From a virus (Duplodnaviria; Caudoviricetes): 62,033 bases of DNA. The number at the start of each line of letters is the position of its first letter. The first letter of the stretch is position 1. The DNA is taken from the IMG/VR virus record IMGVR_UViG_3300025133_000103, positions 1 to 62,033 of that record; one strand, 5' to 3'. The notes under the pieces were generated by a model. The model had not been told where the DNA came from. It worked only from the letters and a program-made list of their open reading frames with translations, and ran no database searches. The position numbers and the translations under genes are program-made. Below are positions 50,095-58,655 of the stretch, in pieces.

Positions 50095-50314
50095 TTTTTA
50101 ATTCCATTGCTTTTAGTTCATACCAATTGGCTTTTTCCAGCTCGCGTTCAAACGGCTGGTTAGGCTTTAGTCCTGCTCGCATCCTGTACTTGAAAGCATT
50201 CATCTCGCAGAAAGCGATGTACTTCTCTTTCCCCCATATGTCGACCATCATTTCCCATGTCTCTTTACATGATCGCCTATAGTGATTTGGGTTTATGTAG
50301 CTATCGTGCTTCAT
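49985..50314 (-). CDS. DUF3310 / T7 gp1.7-like nucleotide kinase family protein
   Basis: INPNHY...FCEMNAFKYRMRAGLK...ELEKANWY. Confidence 0.8.
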   Translation of the reverse strand: MKHDSYINPNHYRRSCKETWEMMVDIWGKEKYIAFCEMNAFKYRMRAGLKPNQPFERELEKANWYELKAMELKNESNDIQGRVPEGQAPSHKHGDSLKENPAGDFCAND

Positions 50315-50564
50315 ACATTGCGGATTTGTTCTCCTTCCCTAGGGAGAGCTTAGTTAATATTTTATCAATAACCACCTTCTTTACAGTACGTGAGCCCTTC
50401 TTGTAAACCAGGTCTTCTAGCATCTTCATGGTTCTTTTATCTTTCTCCATTATGTCCGCAAGCGTTGCTTGCTTGCTTACAATCCAAGTCTGTTTCTTGT
50501 AGGAGGTTTTGTTTTTAACATAAGATATTTCAACGGTCATATAGTATATAGTTCTACGTTCCAC
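50301..50564 (-). CDS. hypothetical protein (paralog of 50579..50815)
   Basis: YYMTVEISYVKN...WIVS...DIMEKD..TM..L. Confidence 0.7.
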   Translation of the reverse strand: MERRTIYYMTVEISYVKNKTSYKKQTWIVSKQATLADIMEKDKRTMKMLEDLVYKKGSRTVKKVVIDKILTKLSLGKENKSAMYEAR

Positions 50565-50578
50565 GTATGATTGTCTAG

Positions 50579-50815
50579 TTAGCTAATTTCCTTTTTAGAG
50601 CGGATCTTAGTGATTACTATTTTTTTTGTGTTCTCATAGCCCTTGCCGTAAATCTCTAGATCAAGGCGCGACATGGTACTCTCATCGCGCTCCATTATAT
50701 CTTCAGGCAGGTCATACCCGCTAACAATCCACACTACGGTATCGTTAAGCTTCCTGTTCTTCAGGTAGGTCACGTCGGCTGTCATGGAATACGTTGTCAG
50801 TGTGGTGGAGTTCAT
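50579..50815 (-). CDS. hypothetical protein (paralog of 50301..50564)
   Basis: YSMTADVTYLKN...WIVS...DIMERD..TM..L. Confidence 0.7.
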   Translation of the reverse strand: MNSTTLTTYSMTADVTYLKNRKLNDTVVWIVSGYDLPEDIMERDESTMSRLDLEIYGKGYENTKKIVITKIRSKKEIS

Positions 50816-51140
50816 TGATTCTGAATTTTCTTTTTAAGAAAACGGCTATCCATTTGAAGTTAATCGTAAGCTGTCCGAGGCAATCTTTGCCGTCTATAAC
50901 CACGCAGTTATCTCCTTCCTTGTTAGGGATGTACAAAATTAAGTAATCCTCGCTAAACAGCGGAAGAGATACCTCATGTTTATCTGTGTGGTCTTGTACG
51001 TGTACAAAGAATGTAATCTCTCTGCCTTCTTTGCTAGCGGAGAAAGAAAAGGGGGAGAGGAACTTTACATTCCTCAACCCCCATTCCCAACAAGCATAAA
51101 AACCGAATGGTTTAGAAGGGCAGGTCGTCAGCCTTTGCAT
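50745..51140 (-). CDS. hypothetical protein (start uncertain)
   Basis: Fills the gap in the - strand operon; the 5' end overlaps the SSB gene. Confidence 0.4.
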   Translation of the reverse strand: MQRLTTCPSKPFGFYACWEWGLRNVKFLSPFSFSASKEGREITFFVHVQDHTDKHEVSLPLFSEDYLILYIPNKEGDNCVVIDGKDCLGQLTINFKWIAVFLKRKFRINELHHTDNVFHDSRRDLPEEQEA

Positions 51141-51423
51141 CTGGAGCTTTAGCTTGAGTGTTCTGGCGTTCCTGTGCAGCTGCGCTGTTAGGATCCCATA
51201 CGCTCAGGCAAGCTTTGCCATTCTTAGACATAAAGAGTTTGAACCGTGCGTTGCCGCCCCGCCCCTCTTCGTCACGTCTTGTTAGATACTGATCAAGGAT
51301 GTCCTTGAGTTCATTATCCTTTAGGCGGAATGTCCAAGACAGTAGCTCGCCGTTGTCATTAAAGCTAGGCTCATCGGCCCAACCGCATAGTACGCTTTCG
51401 TACTTCTTTGTTTGTTCGCTCAT
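51112..51423 (-). CDS. single-stranded DNA-binding protein
   Basis: C-terminal acidic DDLPF tail, next to recombination genes. Confidence 0.7.
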   Translation of the reverse strand: MSEQTKKYESVLCGWADEPSFNDNGELLSWTFRLKDNELKDILDQYLTRRDEEGRGGNARFKLFMSKNGKACLSVWDPNSAAAQERQNTQAKAPDAKADDLPF

Positions 51424-51498
51424 GTGTAGAGAAAATTGGTGAATAAAAGATGAAATAAAATGAATGCTCCTATAAGCATTAGGTTTGTTGTTAGTCGT

Positions 51499-52281
51499 TT
51501 AAACTTCATATTGCAAATAATCTGTCATGGGGTTATAGTCTTCGTTAAGGAATTTTTCTATCCTACCTAGGGCGTCTGTGAATTTCATTTCACCTACGAA
51601 TAGGGTTTCGTCTGTACACTTTACGAGGGCAGGAAGGTACGGATAAGTTTTCTCTTGTACAACCCAATAGAAGGTTTTTATTCCAAAAACTTTTGTGTAT
51701 ATGTATGCTTGTATGTCGTAAGAGAAGTCCCTCACGCTATACCGAAACTTCTCTGAGCTGCGGGCTGACTTGCTGTCACTGATAAATCCATCGCCTAAGC
51801 AATCGAGAAACCCTTTCACTTGCACACCGTTTACCTCCTCAAGGAAACCGACCTGGTAGTCGCCCTTGAGGTATGTGTTTATCAAACCGCAAGAATCTAA
51901 GCGGTCAATCATGTCGTTGGCTGTCTTCCAGTCTTCTTGAGAGACTAGTGTGTTGCCTTTCTCTTTAGCTGCTTCCTCCATCTGGGATTTGATTCCCTTG
52001 TACTCTGATGTTAGGTGAGGGGATTTAGAGTTCTTTGTTTTCTCACTGCACTCAGAAAGGATTTGCCCTTTGTTCATCACAGTGTACTTCTCCATAGCCT
52101 TGTCTCGTTCAAACAGCAGCATATCGTATAGCGTACCAAAGTCAAGGGCGTCAGATTTAAATTTAAGTTCTCCTTTCATATAGCGATCAAATTGCGCCAT
52201 ATCACCAAGAGCATTCTTTAGCGAGGAGTACGACAAGTGTGACTTGCCATACCTCTCCATTAGTTTTTCGGATATATTCAT
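51499..52281 (-). CDS. RecE/Exo VIII-like PD-(D/E)XK exonuclease (DUF3799-like)
   Basis: HLSYSSLK, ALDFGT, KGFLD...SDSKS and YDIQAYIY...QEK..PY. Confidence 0.8.
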   Translation of the reverse strand: MNISEKLMERYGKSHLSYSSLKNALGDMAQFDRYMKGELKFKSDALDFGTLYDMLLFERDKAMEKYTVMNKGQILSECSEKTKNSKSPHLTSEYKGIKSQMEEAAKEKGNTLVSQEDWKTANDMIDRLDSCGLINTYLKGDYQVGFLEEVNGVQVKGFLDCLGDGFISDSKSARSSEKFRYSVRDFSYDIQAYIYTKVFGIKTFYWVVQEKTYPYLPALVKCTDETLFVGEMKFTDALGRIEKFLNEDYNPMTDYLQYEV

Positions 52282-52286
52282 GTTAA

Positions 52287-52559
52287 TTATTCTTCTGACG
52301 ACACCCCCCAGTAGTCGGGTTTAAAGGATGTAGACCAATAGGGGATTCCTTTCCGAAGCTCATATGAGGTAAGCTCTACTTCGCCTCTAAGCTCATTGTT
52401 TTTAGTAAAGTACAAGCCATCACAGGGCGGAGGAATCGAGACGTCAGTCCACACAATTTTCTTTGCGCTTCTGCTAATACGATTACGCTCCATCTTGTGC
52501 TTCCTCATGTATGCTTCTGAGGTGTACGTTACTGTTTTTTTAGTTCCAGCCGCTGTCAT
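52287..52559 (-). CDS. hypothetical protein
   Basis: 90-aa ORF with W..VS.PP...Y motif (DUF551-like). Confidence 0.55.
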   Translation of the reverse strand: MTAAGTKKTVTYTSEAYMRKHKMERNRISRSAKKIVWTDVSIPPPCDGLYFTKNNELRGEVELTSYELRKGIPYWSTSFKPDYWGVSSEE

Positions 52560-53083
52560 CGAACAAACTTGCTAAGCCCTGCTTTCTGCTTCTCTGTAAG
52601 CTGTTCCCCGTACTTCGACGTGATAGACTCAAAAGCTTTCTTCTTGTCTGTCTGCGACTTGAGGTAAGCAACAGCCTTGTCCATTATGTTGGCCTCTTCA
52701 GCAACGGTAGCCTCCTTCGGAGTGTCTTGTTTAGCGATAGCATCTGACACCTCGTTAGCCGAAGCGATAGACGTGTCGATCCCTATGCCCAACATAGCTA
52801 ATGCCCTGCCGATAGCCGATGTCTCGCAGTTCTCTACGTAGCTAGTTTTGTTGATGTTGCTACTGCCTTGCACTTCGTGAGCATGACCCGTAGATATAAT
52901 ACGGTTAGAGGCGTCTACGATAGAGGCTTTGCACACACATTGTTCCGAGTCTAACATCGTGAACTCTGTTATAAGGCTCCAGTTTTTGTACTGCTCTTCC
53001 TGGCGGAAGAACTTGATGCGTTCGTTGACTTCAACGTACTGCTTGCCACGTATGTTCGTGGTCTTGAATTTGTAATTACTCAT
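52556..53083 (-). CDS. Sak/Rad52-like single-strand annealing protein
   Basis: IRGKQYVEVNERI...TGHAHE...INKTSYVENCETSAIGRALAMLGIG. Confidence 0.75.
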   Translation of the reverse strand: MSNYKFKTTNIRGKQYVEVNERIKFFRQEEQYKNWSLITEFTMLDSEQCVCKASIVDASNRIISTGHAHEVQGSSNINKTSYVENCETSAIGRALAMLGIGIDTSIASANEVSDAIAKQDTPKEATVAEEANIMDKAVAYLKSQTDKKKAFESITSKYGEQLTEKQKAGLSKFVR

Positions 53084-53480
53084 TTAATTGATTGGATTTA
53101 ATTTCAATGTTTCTGTGGATTGATCTGATATGGCTCTCGATAAATTGCTTTCGCACAGCCAAGTACGCCAGTCGCGTTTCTTCTACGTGCTTAAATGTTA
53201 GCGAATCGACTATCTCTTTAGCTAATAGGTATCGGTCTTTGTACCCCTCCCAATAGCTCATGTTGTCTTCGTGCTTTTTTACCATATGAGAAAGCGTAGA
53301 CCTGTCTCTGCTGAGGTGAGCGGCAACTTGCTTAGAGTTAAAGTGACCAAGGAGAGCGACGGCAATTGCGTTACGCGCCTTAACCTGCTCCTTGTGTCTT
53401 CGCTTGGTATCTGCCATACGCAATGCATCATAGAACTGGCTTATGCAAGCACTGATTATCTCGTCATCGGATTGTATCAT
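53076..53480 (-). CDS. DnaA C-terminal-like HTH protein
   Basis: R..EQVKAR...VAAHLSRDRSTLSH matches the DnaA domain IV RDHTTV pattern. Confidence 0.65.
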   Translation of the reverse strand: MIQSDDEIISACISQFYDALRMADTKRRHKEQVKARNAIAVALLGHFNSKQVAAHLSRDRSTLSHMVKKHEDNMSYWEGYKDRYLLAKEIVDSLTFKHVEETRLAYLAVRKQFIESHIRSIHRNIEIKSNQLNE

Positions 53481-53626
53481 GTGTAAATTTAATTAATGGT
53501 TTGTTCAAAGTCAAGGAAAAGGGTGGATTTGTTTCTCAAGGTTCTCAATTAGGTAATAATCATCAAGATGTACGTACCAAAACCTCGTTACAGGATCTCC
53601 CTGCACACCATGCTCCACCCTAAGCG

Positions 53627-54046
53627 TCAGCGTTCTGACTGCTCCTTAACTGCTGAATGAATACGTGAGTATTCGATAGCGGAATCTAATAATTCCATGT
53701 TCCTGTTGTGCAATTCGAACATCTCTTCTTTGAATCGAAGATGACCATTGTTCCTTTCGGCTTCGTCTATGTACCCTGACACAGCTTCAACAGCATACCC
53801 TTTGAACTGATGTAATAGTTCGTGTGTAGGTATAAGCACCCAGTTGTCTACATCGTGTTCGATGATGTCTTCCTTAGCGAAGATGCTTGCCACGACAGAA
53901 GGTTTGGACTCTCTGTCGGACATAGAGCTTACTTGGTTAATGGCTTCAATATTAGTTAATCTCTTTTTCATATACGAGGTTTGCGTTAGGATCTTGTTGG
54001 TAAGCAAATGCACCTGATGGTGTGTAGAAGGTTTGTCCGTTGACAA
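53627..54046 (-). CDS. hypothetical protein (start uncertain, possibly MKKRL)
   Basis: ORF in the early/middle block. Confidence 0.55.
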   Translation of the reverse strand: MSTDKPSTHHQVHLLTNKILTQTSYMKKRLTNIEAINQVSSMSDRESKPSVVASIFAKEDIIEHDVDNWVLIPTHELLHQFKGYAVEAVSGYIDEAERNNGHLRFKEEMFELHNRNMELLDSAIEYSRIHSAVKEQSER

Positions 54047-54082
54047 CGTACTCCCATAGCTGTGATGTTTCGGTCATAGTAA

Positions 54083-54277
54083 TTAAAATCCATAGTTTTC
54101 GCCGTCTTTAAAAAGAGATTCGAATCGTTTTTCGTGGTACGTCCTCGGTGTATCGGAGTCGCCATGACGATTTCGCATGCGATGTATTTCCATGAATCTA
54201 GTAAATAGTTTTTCAGCGTCCTCCATCCTTACTATAGCATCATGCTGTTCGGGGAAGGCTTCTTGTAGTGTAATCAT
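54083..54277 (-). CDS. hypothetical protein
   Basis: 64-aa ORF with ATGA overlap. Confidence 0.55.
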   Translation of the reverse strand: MITLQEAFPEQHDAIVRMEDAEKLFTRFMEIHRMRNRHGDSDTPRTYHEKRFESLFKDGENYGF

Positions 54278-54537
54278 TTGTAAAAGTTTTTCTCGTACTG
54301 CTTAAATATATTCCTATAGCTCTGCTTCCAATTCTCCACCTCCTCATCCATCACCTTATGCTCTTTTGCCTCTATTATCATGCACTCTATCTGTGTACAG
54401 AGCATGGAGACAAGCTTTAGGTCTTTGTGTTTCTGTCCGTTCGTAAAGAACCAACGGAAGTTCCAGTCGATCCAATTAGCTATGCGCTTGAGGTGATGGG
54501 TGAGTTGGTGCATGAGGGTTGATTTAAAACTGAGCAA
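54274..54537 (-). CDS. hypothetical protein
   Basis: Contains WFFTNG motif; part of the operon. Confidence 0.55.
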   Translation of the reverse strand: MLSFKSTLMHQLTHHLKRIANWIDWNFRWFFTNGQKHKDLKLVSMLCTQIECMIIEAKEHKVMDEEVENWKQSYRNIFKQYEKNFYK

Positions 54538-54973
54538 TAGCCTCGTTAAAAGTAGCTTCGTCTATTTTGTTTTCCGACAGTAGTCGGGACAGCTTAACCA
54601 CTGCTATGCTGATGCCGCTCCTATTTGGTGTAGGCGGGGCTTCAGGGGCTACCTCTACGGGGTTATCGGGATAAAGAAGTCCGCTTGTGTTTAAGCGAGC
54701 CTGCCTATACTTCTCTTTCTGAATGTTATTCTTCATCTTAGCCCACTCAGGGTTTCGCACTCTCTTGTACTTAGCAGCGACGGCGTTTGCAGACACGGAG
54801 GTTCCATGTAGTCGATTGAACCTCCGTACCATGTTTGCTGTCCGACTCATGAACTTCTTCCTCAAAGGTATAAACGTATGCCCCTCGTGATCAAGGATAG
54901 TTATGTTGTACTCTTCCGCAAGAGCTAAAAGGTCGGTTTCCATTAGCTTAGTCCAACTTTGTAGTTTTTTCAT
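54524..54973 (-). CDS. hypothetical protein, possibly DNA-binding
   Basis: 149-aa basic ORF. Confidence 0.6.
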   Translation of the reverse strand: MKKLQSWTKLMETDLLALAEEYNITILDHEGHTFIPLRKKFMSRTANMVRRFNRLHGTSVSANAVAAKYKRVRNPEWAKMKNNIQKEKYRQARLNTSGLLYPDNPVEVAPEAPPTPNRSGISIAVVKLSRLLSENKIDEATFNEAIAQF

Positions 54974-55100
54974 TTTGATTTAATTTTAGCGTTGTACTGC
55001 TGATTGATTTGTTTGTGTAGGTTCGCCGCCCACTCGTTAAAGTTTTTAGGTGGGTTGACGTGTACTGTTGATTGAATTTTAGGTTTGTATTTCATTGCCG

Positions 55101-55502
55101 TTAGTTTAAGTCACACTCATGTTCCCAACCTACAACCCATAGAGTTCTGTCGTTTGTAAAAAGTATTTCGTATTCGTGACCGCTTACAATGCTGTCGGTT
55201 TCGTCAGTCCAGTCGGGGTTGAGTCGTGGGTTAAACTTGATGCGGTAGTCACCTTCGTTAGGCTTGATTCTATTGACCGCCAAGACCTGGACAGCTTTGC
55301 ACTCTATCCATGCACAAACAGTCTTGTTTGCGCCGTCATGAATCTTCTGTGCCGCTGTTGGCTGTACACTTAGCTTACAACCTAGCAAAGCTAGCTGATT
55401 GTCTTGTGGGTGGATGTAGGAGACTTTGCCTGACTCCAAGTCTTTTAACTGCCAGTGCATGAAGTGTTCACCTCGTCCGAGGTGGAATCTAACTTTGTAC
55501 AT
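55101..55502 (-). CDS. hypothetical phage protein
   Basis: YKVRFHLGRG...KIHDGANKTVCAWI...IKFNP, preceded by the CAAAATCTC box. Confidence 0.7.
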   Translation of the reverse strand: MYKVRFHLGRGEHFMHWQLKDLESGKVSYIHPQDNQLALLGCKLSVQPTAAQKIHDGANKTVCAWIECKAVQVLAVNRIKPNEGDYRIKFNPRLNPDWTDETDSIVSGHEYEILFTNDRTLWVVGWEHECDLN

Positions 55503-55520
55503 GAGATTTTGTTTATGTGT

Positions 55521-55673
55521 TTATTTCATCTTATCGAACACCACCATGCTGTTCTCGTTGCTCGGTGTGTTCCGCACAATCTCTTGTGCTTGTTCTCGTG
55601 TGAGCCCATCCATAAGGGTTCTAGAGCGTTTGTTCCAGTCTTTGTAGACTCGGTATACTGCGTAGTTAGCCAT
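55521..55673 (-). CDS. small 50-aa early protein (GLTREQAQE motif), missing from the ORF track
   Basis: MANYAVYRVYKDWNKRSRTLMDGLTREQAQEIVRNTPSNENSMVVFDKMK*. Confidence 0.6.
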   Translation of the reverse strand: MANYAVYRVYKDWNKRSRTLMDGLTREQAQEIVRNTPSNENSMVVFDKMK

Positions 55674-55679
55674 TGTGTT

Positions 55680-56222
55680 TTATTTATTGTTTTTTAGTGT
55701 TTCTAATTTGGGGATTCGGAAGAAGTGGAGGCACAAGTCGTCACAGTCGAGCATCGATTGGCTGTTGTACCATAGGTCATTGAAAAAATCTTTGAATACA
55801 TCAAGATCAAACGTCCGCGCTCGGCCTCGTCCTGGGAGCGGGGCTTGAAATTCAATGGCTTCAAGGGCTGTCCTTATACACCCCATGTCCGATGGTAAGT
55901 AACCATCACAGTGCGGTTCGCTATCCATCTGGTCCCAAACAAACCATTCACGGAAGTATATCCCGCTAGTCGAGTCGTACATAGGATTTATTTCTACAAC
56001 CTTGAGTATCTCGTGTTCACTCTCGTCGTCATTGATAACGATGATATCTTCCAAGCCGTCCGCCTGACTGATTACTTCTTCGAAAGGGCTTTTCGTAATC
56101 CACTTGAGTAGCCTTGCCTTGTGTTCGAGCGCTTCGTCAAGTGTCTTAAAGAAGGCTGCTGTGGTATCGGAGTAGTTCTCGGCTAGTCCACATACTCCAT
56201 GTATGGATGCATATAATTTCAT
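55680..56222 (-). CDS. hypothetical early protein
   Basis: 180-aa ORF preceded by the CTAAATCTC box. Confidence 0.65.
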   Translation of the reverse strand: MKLYASIHGVCGLAENYSDTTAAFFKTLDEALEHKARLLKWITKSPFEEVISQADGLEDIIVINDDESEHEILKVVEINPMYDSTSGIYFREWFVWDQMDSEPHCDGYLPSDMGCIRTALEAIEFQAPLPGRGRARTFDLDVFKDFFNDLWYNSQSMLDCDDLCLHFFRIPKLETLKNNK

Positions 56223-56242
56223 TGTAATTGAGATTTAGTTTG

Positions 56243-56313
56243 CGGTCTATGAAGGTTACGCTCCTTCGACTTCTCCGTGACAGGGAGATATGATTCTATT
56301 TCACTAATAGACC
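56243..56313 (-). tRNA. non-canonical tRNA-Asp (anticodon GTC)
   Basis: GGTCTAT-TA-GTGA-AATAGAA-TCAT-A-TCTCC-CT[GTC]AC-GGAGA-AGTC-GAAGG-AGCGTAA-CCTTC-ATAGACC-G. All four stems pair and the discriminator is G73. Confidence 0.85.
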
Positions 56314-56317
56314 TCGA

Positions 56318-56349
56318 CAAAGATAAGGGATAGTTTTCGATTTTCCAAA
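56318..56349 (-). promoter_or_regulatory. Bacteroidota sigma-A promoter TTTG-N20-TATCTTTG
   Basis: -33 and -7 elements present; near-identical copy at 58691-58722. Confidence 0.8.
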
Positions 56350-56350
56350 T

Positions 56351-56576
56351 TTAATCTGTAACTGACTGAAACTCAACGTACTTGAAGAACAGTTCGCTTG
56401 CTTCTTTCAAGTGCTTTCGCAGTTCAGGTGAGTCACCTTCCAAGGCAACGGGACACCATGAGTCAAACTTAAGCCTCTCCGCTTGATGCATAAGTTCTTC
56501 TGTTGTGTGTGCGTCAATGTAATTGATCCACTCCTGAGGCAATTCATGCCCGATATATTTTTCAAAGTTTGTCATA
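56351..56576 (-). CDS. hypothetical early protein (likely start MTNFEK, coordinate approximate)
   Basis: C-terminal part of track ORF 56351..56716, after an A-rich initiation region. Confidence 0.5.
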
Positions 56577-56613
56577 GTGTTGTTGTTTCTTCTGTTTTTT
56601 AACTGACTCTGAA

Positions 56614-56823
56614 TCAGATGTTTAGTCCATCGAACACGTCTCTTCGTATGCTGTCCTTTAGCCCGATGGCTATGACCTGCTCTTCGGGTGTCAGCGTGTC
56701 CATCGCCTTGTCCCATTCGTCGCTAAATGCGCTGAAGCAGGCATCAGTCGCTTCGTATTCTATCCGTGAGATAGAGATTAAATTCTCTATCGTGTATGTG
56801 AGTTGGCTTTCGTCGTTAATCAT
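56614..56823 (-). CDS. hypothetical early protein
   Basis: 69-aa acidic ORF. Confidence 0.55.
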   Translation of the reverse strand: MINDESQLTYTIENLISISRIEYEATDACFSAFSDEWDKAMDTLTPEEQVIAIGLKDSIRRDVFDGLNI

Positions 56824-56991
56824 TTTTCGTTAGTTTTTCTGCTGTTTCAAATAAGTATTTATGGTATCGCTCTTTGGCGATGTCCATCAAGTCCATAAGC
56901 GTGTAGTTTATGGGATCGTCCTCGTGTGTCTTCTCGTACACAGTGACCAGTTCGTTGTATAGTCGCTCGTAATTAATCATTGTTGTATTGT

Positions 56992-57270
56992 TTAATTGTC
57001 TTTGGCTCGGTCATAAGCATCGTCTGCTAACTCTAGGAAGCCTTTAGGCGCATTGGATTGATACAAATCCCAATCCTCTATCTCTACCTCTGCTTCGTAG
57101 TTAGCGAAAACAGAGTGATGATTATTAAGGCATTCCTTTAGGGTTGACAGGGCTTGCGAAGAAACCTCGGCTTCGGAGTCAGCTTCCATGCCTTCTATCT
57201 GTACACAGACAGTGATGTATACCTCCCCTGTGTAGGTTGGTGTTGGGTCTTCGTGTTCGTCTGGATTCAT
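56992..57270 (-). CDS. hypothetical early protein
   Basis: 92-aa acidic ORF. Confidence 0.55.
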   Translation of the reverse strand: MNPDEHEDPTPTYTGEVYITVCVQIEGMEADSEAEVSSQALSTLKECLNNHHSVFANYEAEVEIEDWDLYQSNAPKGFLELADDAYDRAKDN

Positions 57271-57408
57271 AGTCGTGGTATAAAGTGTTCGTCGTCTCGT
57301 AGCATACCGAACACATCGTGTACGATATCCTGAGCATTAATAAGGCTGTTCTCTTGCGCCATCGTTTGGATGCGCTCTGCCCAATCAGCTACGGCAGTAA
57401 AGGTTTGT

Positions 57409-57744
57409 TCAGTCATTTTCAATTGTATCATCGTCTTGGTTTTCTATTCGTCCAATAAACTCGTCGTGGATTACGAAGATGGCATCCTTGATTTTACCCT
57501 TGCCACCCTTGAGTCCAAAGTACTTCTTTACGTCGCCTATCTTCCAGTGTCGGTTAGGTTTCATGTTGTGGTCTGCATACAGCCTGATGTCACGCTTGGT
57601 GAGCATGAGATTGTATAGGCATCGCGGTACGTCATTGCCGTTGATATTCATCGTCGGTCGGTCTTCGTCGTGCAACTCCACCCAAAATGGGGCGTTTGCA
57701 TCTACCTTCTGCATGAAGGCTAGGGCTTGTTTATCTGTCATCAT
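57409..57744 (-). CDS. hypothetical early protein
   Basis: 111-aa ORF with MKPNRHWK..DVKKYFGLKG motif. Confidence 0.6.
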   Translation of the reverse strand: MMTDKQALAFMQKVDANAPFWVELHDEDRPTMNINGNDVPRCLYNLMLTKRDIRLYADHNMKPNRHWKIGDVKKYFGLKGGKGKIKDAIFVIHDEFIGRIENQDDDTIEND

Positions 57745-57745
57745 T

Positions 57746-57985
57746 TTACTTCATTTTTACTCGTGAAATCACTTCGATTTCTTCAATTAATATCTTGATT
57801 TGCTCATCGTACTTGCCTTCGAAGTAGACGTGTGTCTCGCTCTGGCTATGCACCTTGGCGATCCCGTCATGGTACGAGGCTAACAAGTCATTGAATGCTT
57901 CCATTGCATCGCTTTTGTTAGCGTAGATTTCTGTTTCGCACTCGTCGAGTAACCAACTGAGTGCTTGGACTGCGTATACTTTCAT
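57746..57985 (-). CDS. hypothetical early protein
   Basis: 79-aa ORF preceded by the CAAAATCTC box. Confidence 0.6.
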   Translation of the reverse strand: MKVYAVQALSWLLDECETEIYANKSDAMEAFNDLLASYHDGIAKVHSQSETHVYFEGKYDEQIKILIEEIEVISRVKMK

Positions 57986-58014
57986 GTGTTAGAGATTTTG
58001 AATTAATAAAAAAA

Positions 58015-58108
58015 GACGATGTTTGGGTTTCTCTCCCATCGGTGCAAGCCTCGTCACCCATAGCTTACAACACAGGTAATGGTCTTCCTGGTGATTTGTA
58101 ACACCGTC
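58015..58108 (-). ncRNA. candidate structured RNA / complex terminator
   Basis: Closing stem GACGGTGTT/AACATCGTC, internal hairpins, then a T7 run. Confidence 0.45.
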
Positions 58109-58114
58109 CAATTG

Positions 58115-58244
58115 TAGCGATGGGTGGAATCGAACCACCATCAACCCTCATGTTCATTGCCATAATCCCGTGGTAACGGGTGGAAGGAACAGCTGTTGGG
58201 TTGACACATCCTCACCCTATCCTCACAGGGGACGTGTCATCGCT
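58115..58244 (-). ncRNA. tRNA-like RNA 1 (acceptor stem and T-arm with enlarged middle domains)
   Basis: AGCGATG/CATCGCT stem, GGTGG-TTCGATT-CCACC T-arm, and internal stems CACGTCC/GGATGTG and TCAACCC/GGGTTGA. Confidence 0.7.
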
Positions 58245-58251
58245 ATGTGTG

Positions 58252-58452
58252 TTAGTAGAACAGACTCAGTAGAGACTGATAGGTTTCTTCGTTACTCTCA
58301 CGGAGGAAGAAGCTGCTCGGTATCGGGTTGAGTGTTGCGCTGTGCTTGTACTCTTCGAGTGCCGCTTGAACTGCCTCCTCTTTAGAGGTAGCGTATACGC
58401 TATTCCATCCGCCCCCTTCGAAGGTGAAGATATATTGTTTCATTTCGCTCAT
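58252..58452 (-). CDS. hypothetical early protein
   Basis: 66-aa ORF with YIFTFEGGGWNSVYA...EEA motif. Confidence 0.6.
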   Translation of the reverse strand: MSEMKQYIFTFEGGGWNSVYATSKEEAVQAALEEYKHSATLNPIPSSFFLRESNEETYQSLLSLFY

Positions 58453-58655
58453 GTTTGTACGTGGTACATTCGTGCAGTTGGTAACTGCTCGGCTACTAGT
58501 CGGGTGATTTCACTTCTCAAGAAGTCATCATCTTCGGGGGTGGGATCACCATACGTCTGCTGTTGACGCTTGGCGAAGTAGTCGATCTTGGATTGGTCTT
58601 GAGTGACTACCATGTGGTAGGCAATCTTAGGTAGGTAACCGTTAGCATATTTCAT
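58449..58655 (-). CDS. hypothetical early protein (likely start MKYANG)
   Basis: Start reassigned because the promoter at 58691-58722 lies inside the longer track ORF. Confidence 0.6.
   Translation of the reverse strand: MKYANGYLPKIAYHMVVTQDQSKIDYFAKRQQQTYGDPTPEDDDFLRSEITRLVAEQLPTARMYHVQT

Noticed and set aside
58021-58060. Possible hammerhead ribozyme (TGACGAG ... GAAAC on the - strand)
   Set aside because: The CUGANGA core lacks its first C, and GAAA is not adjacent to a stem II.
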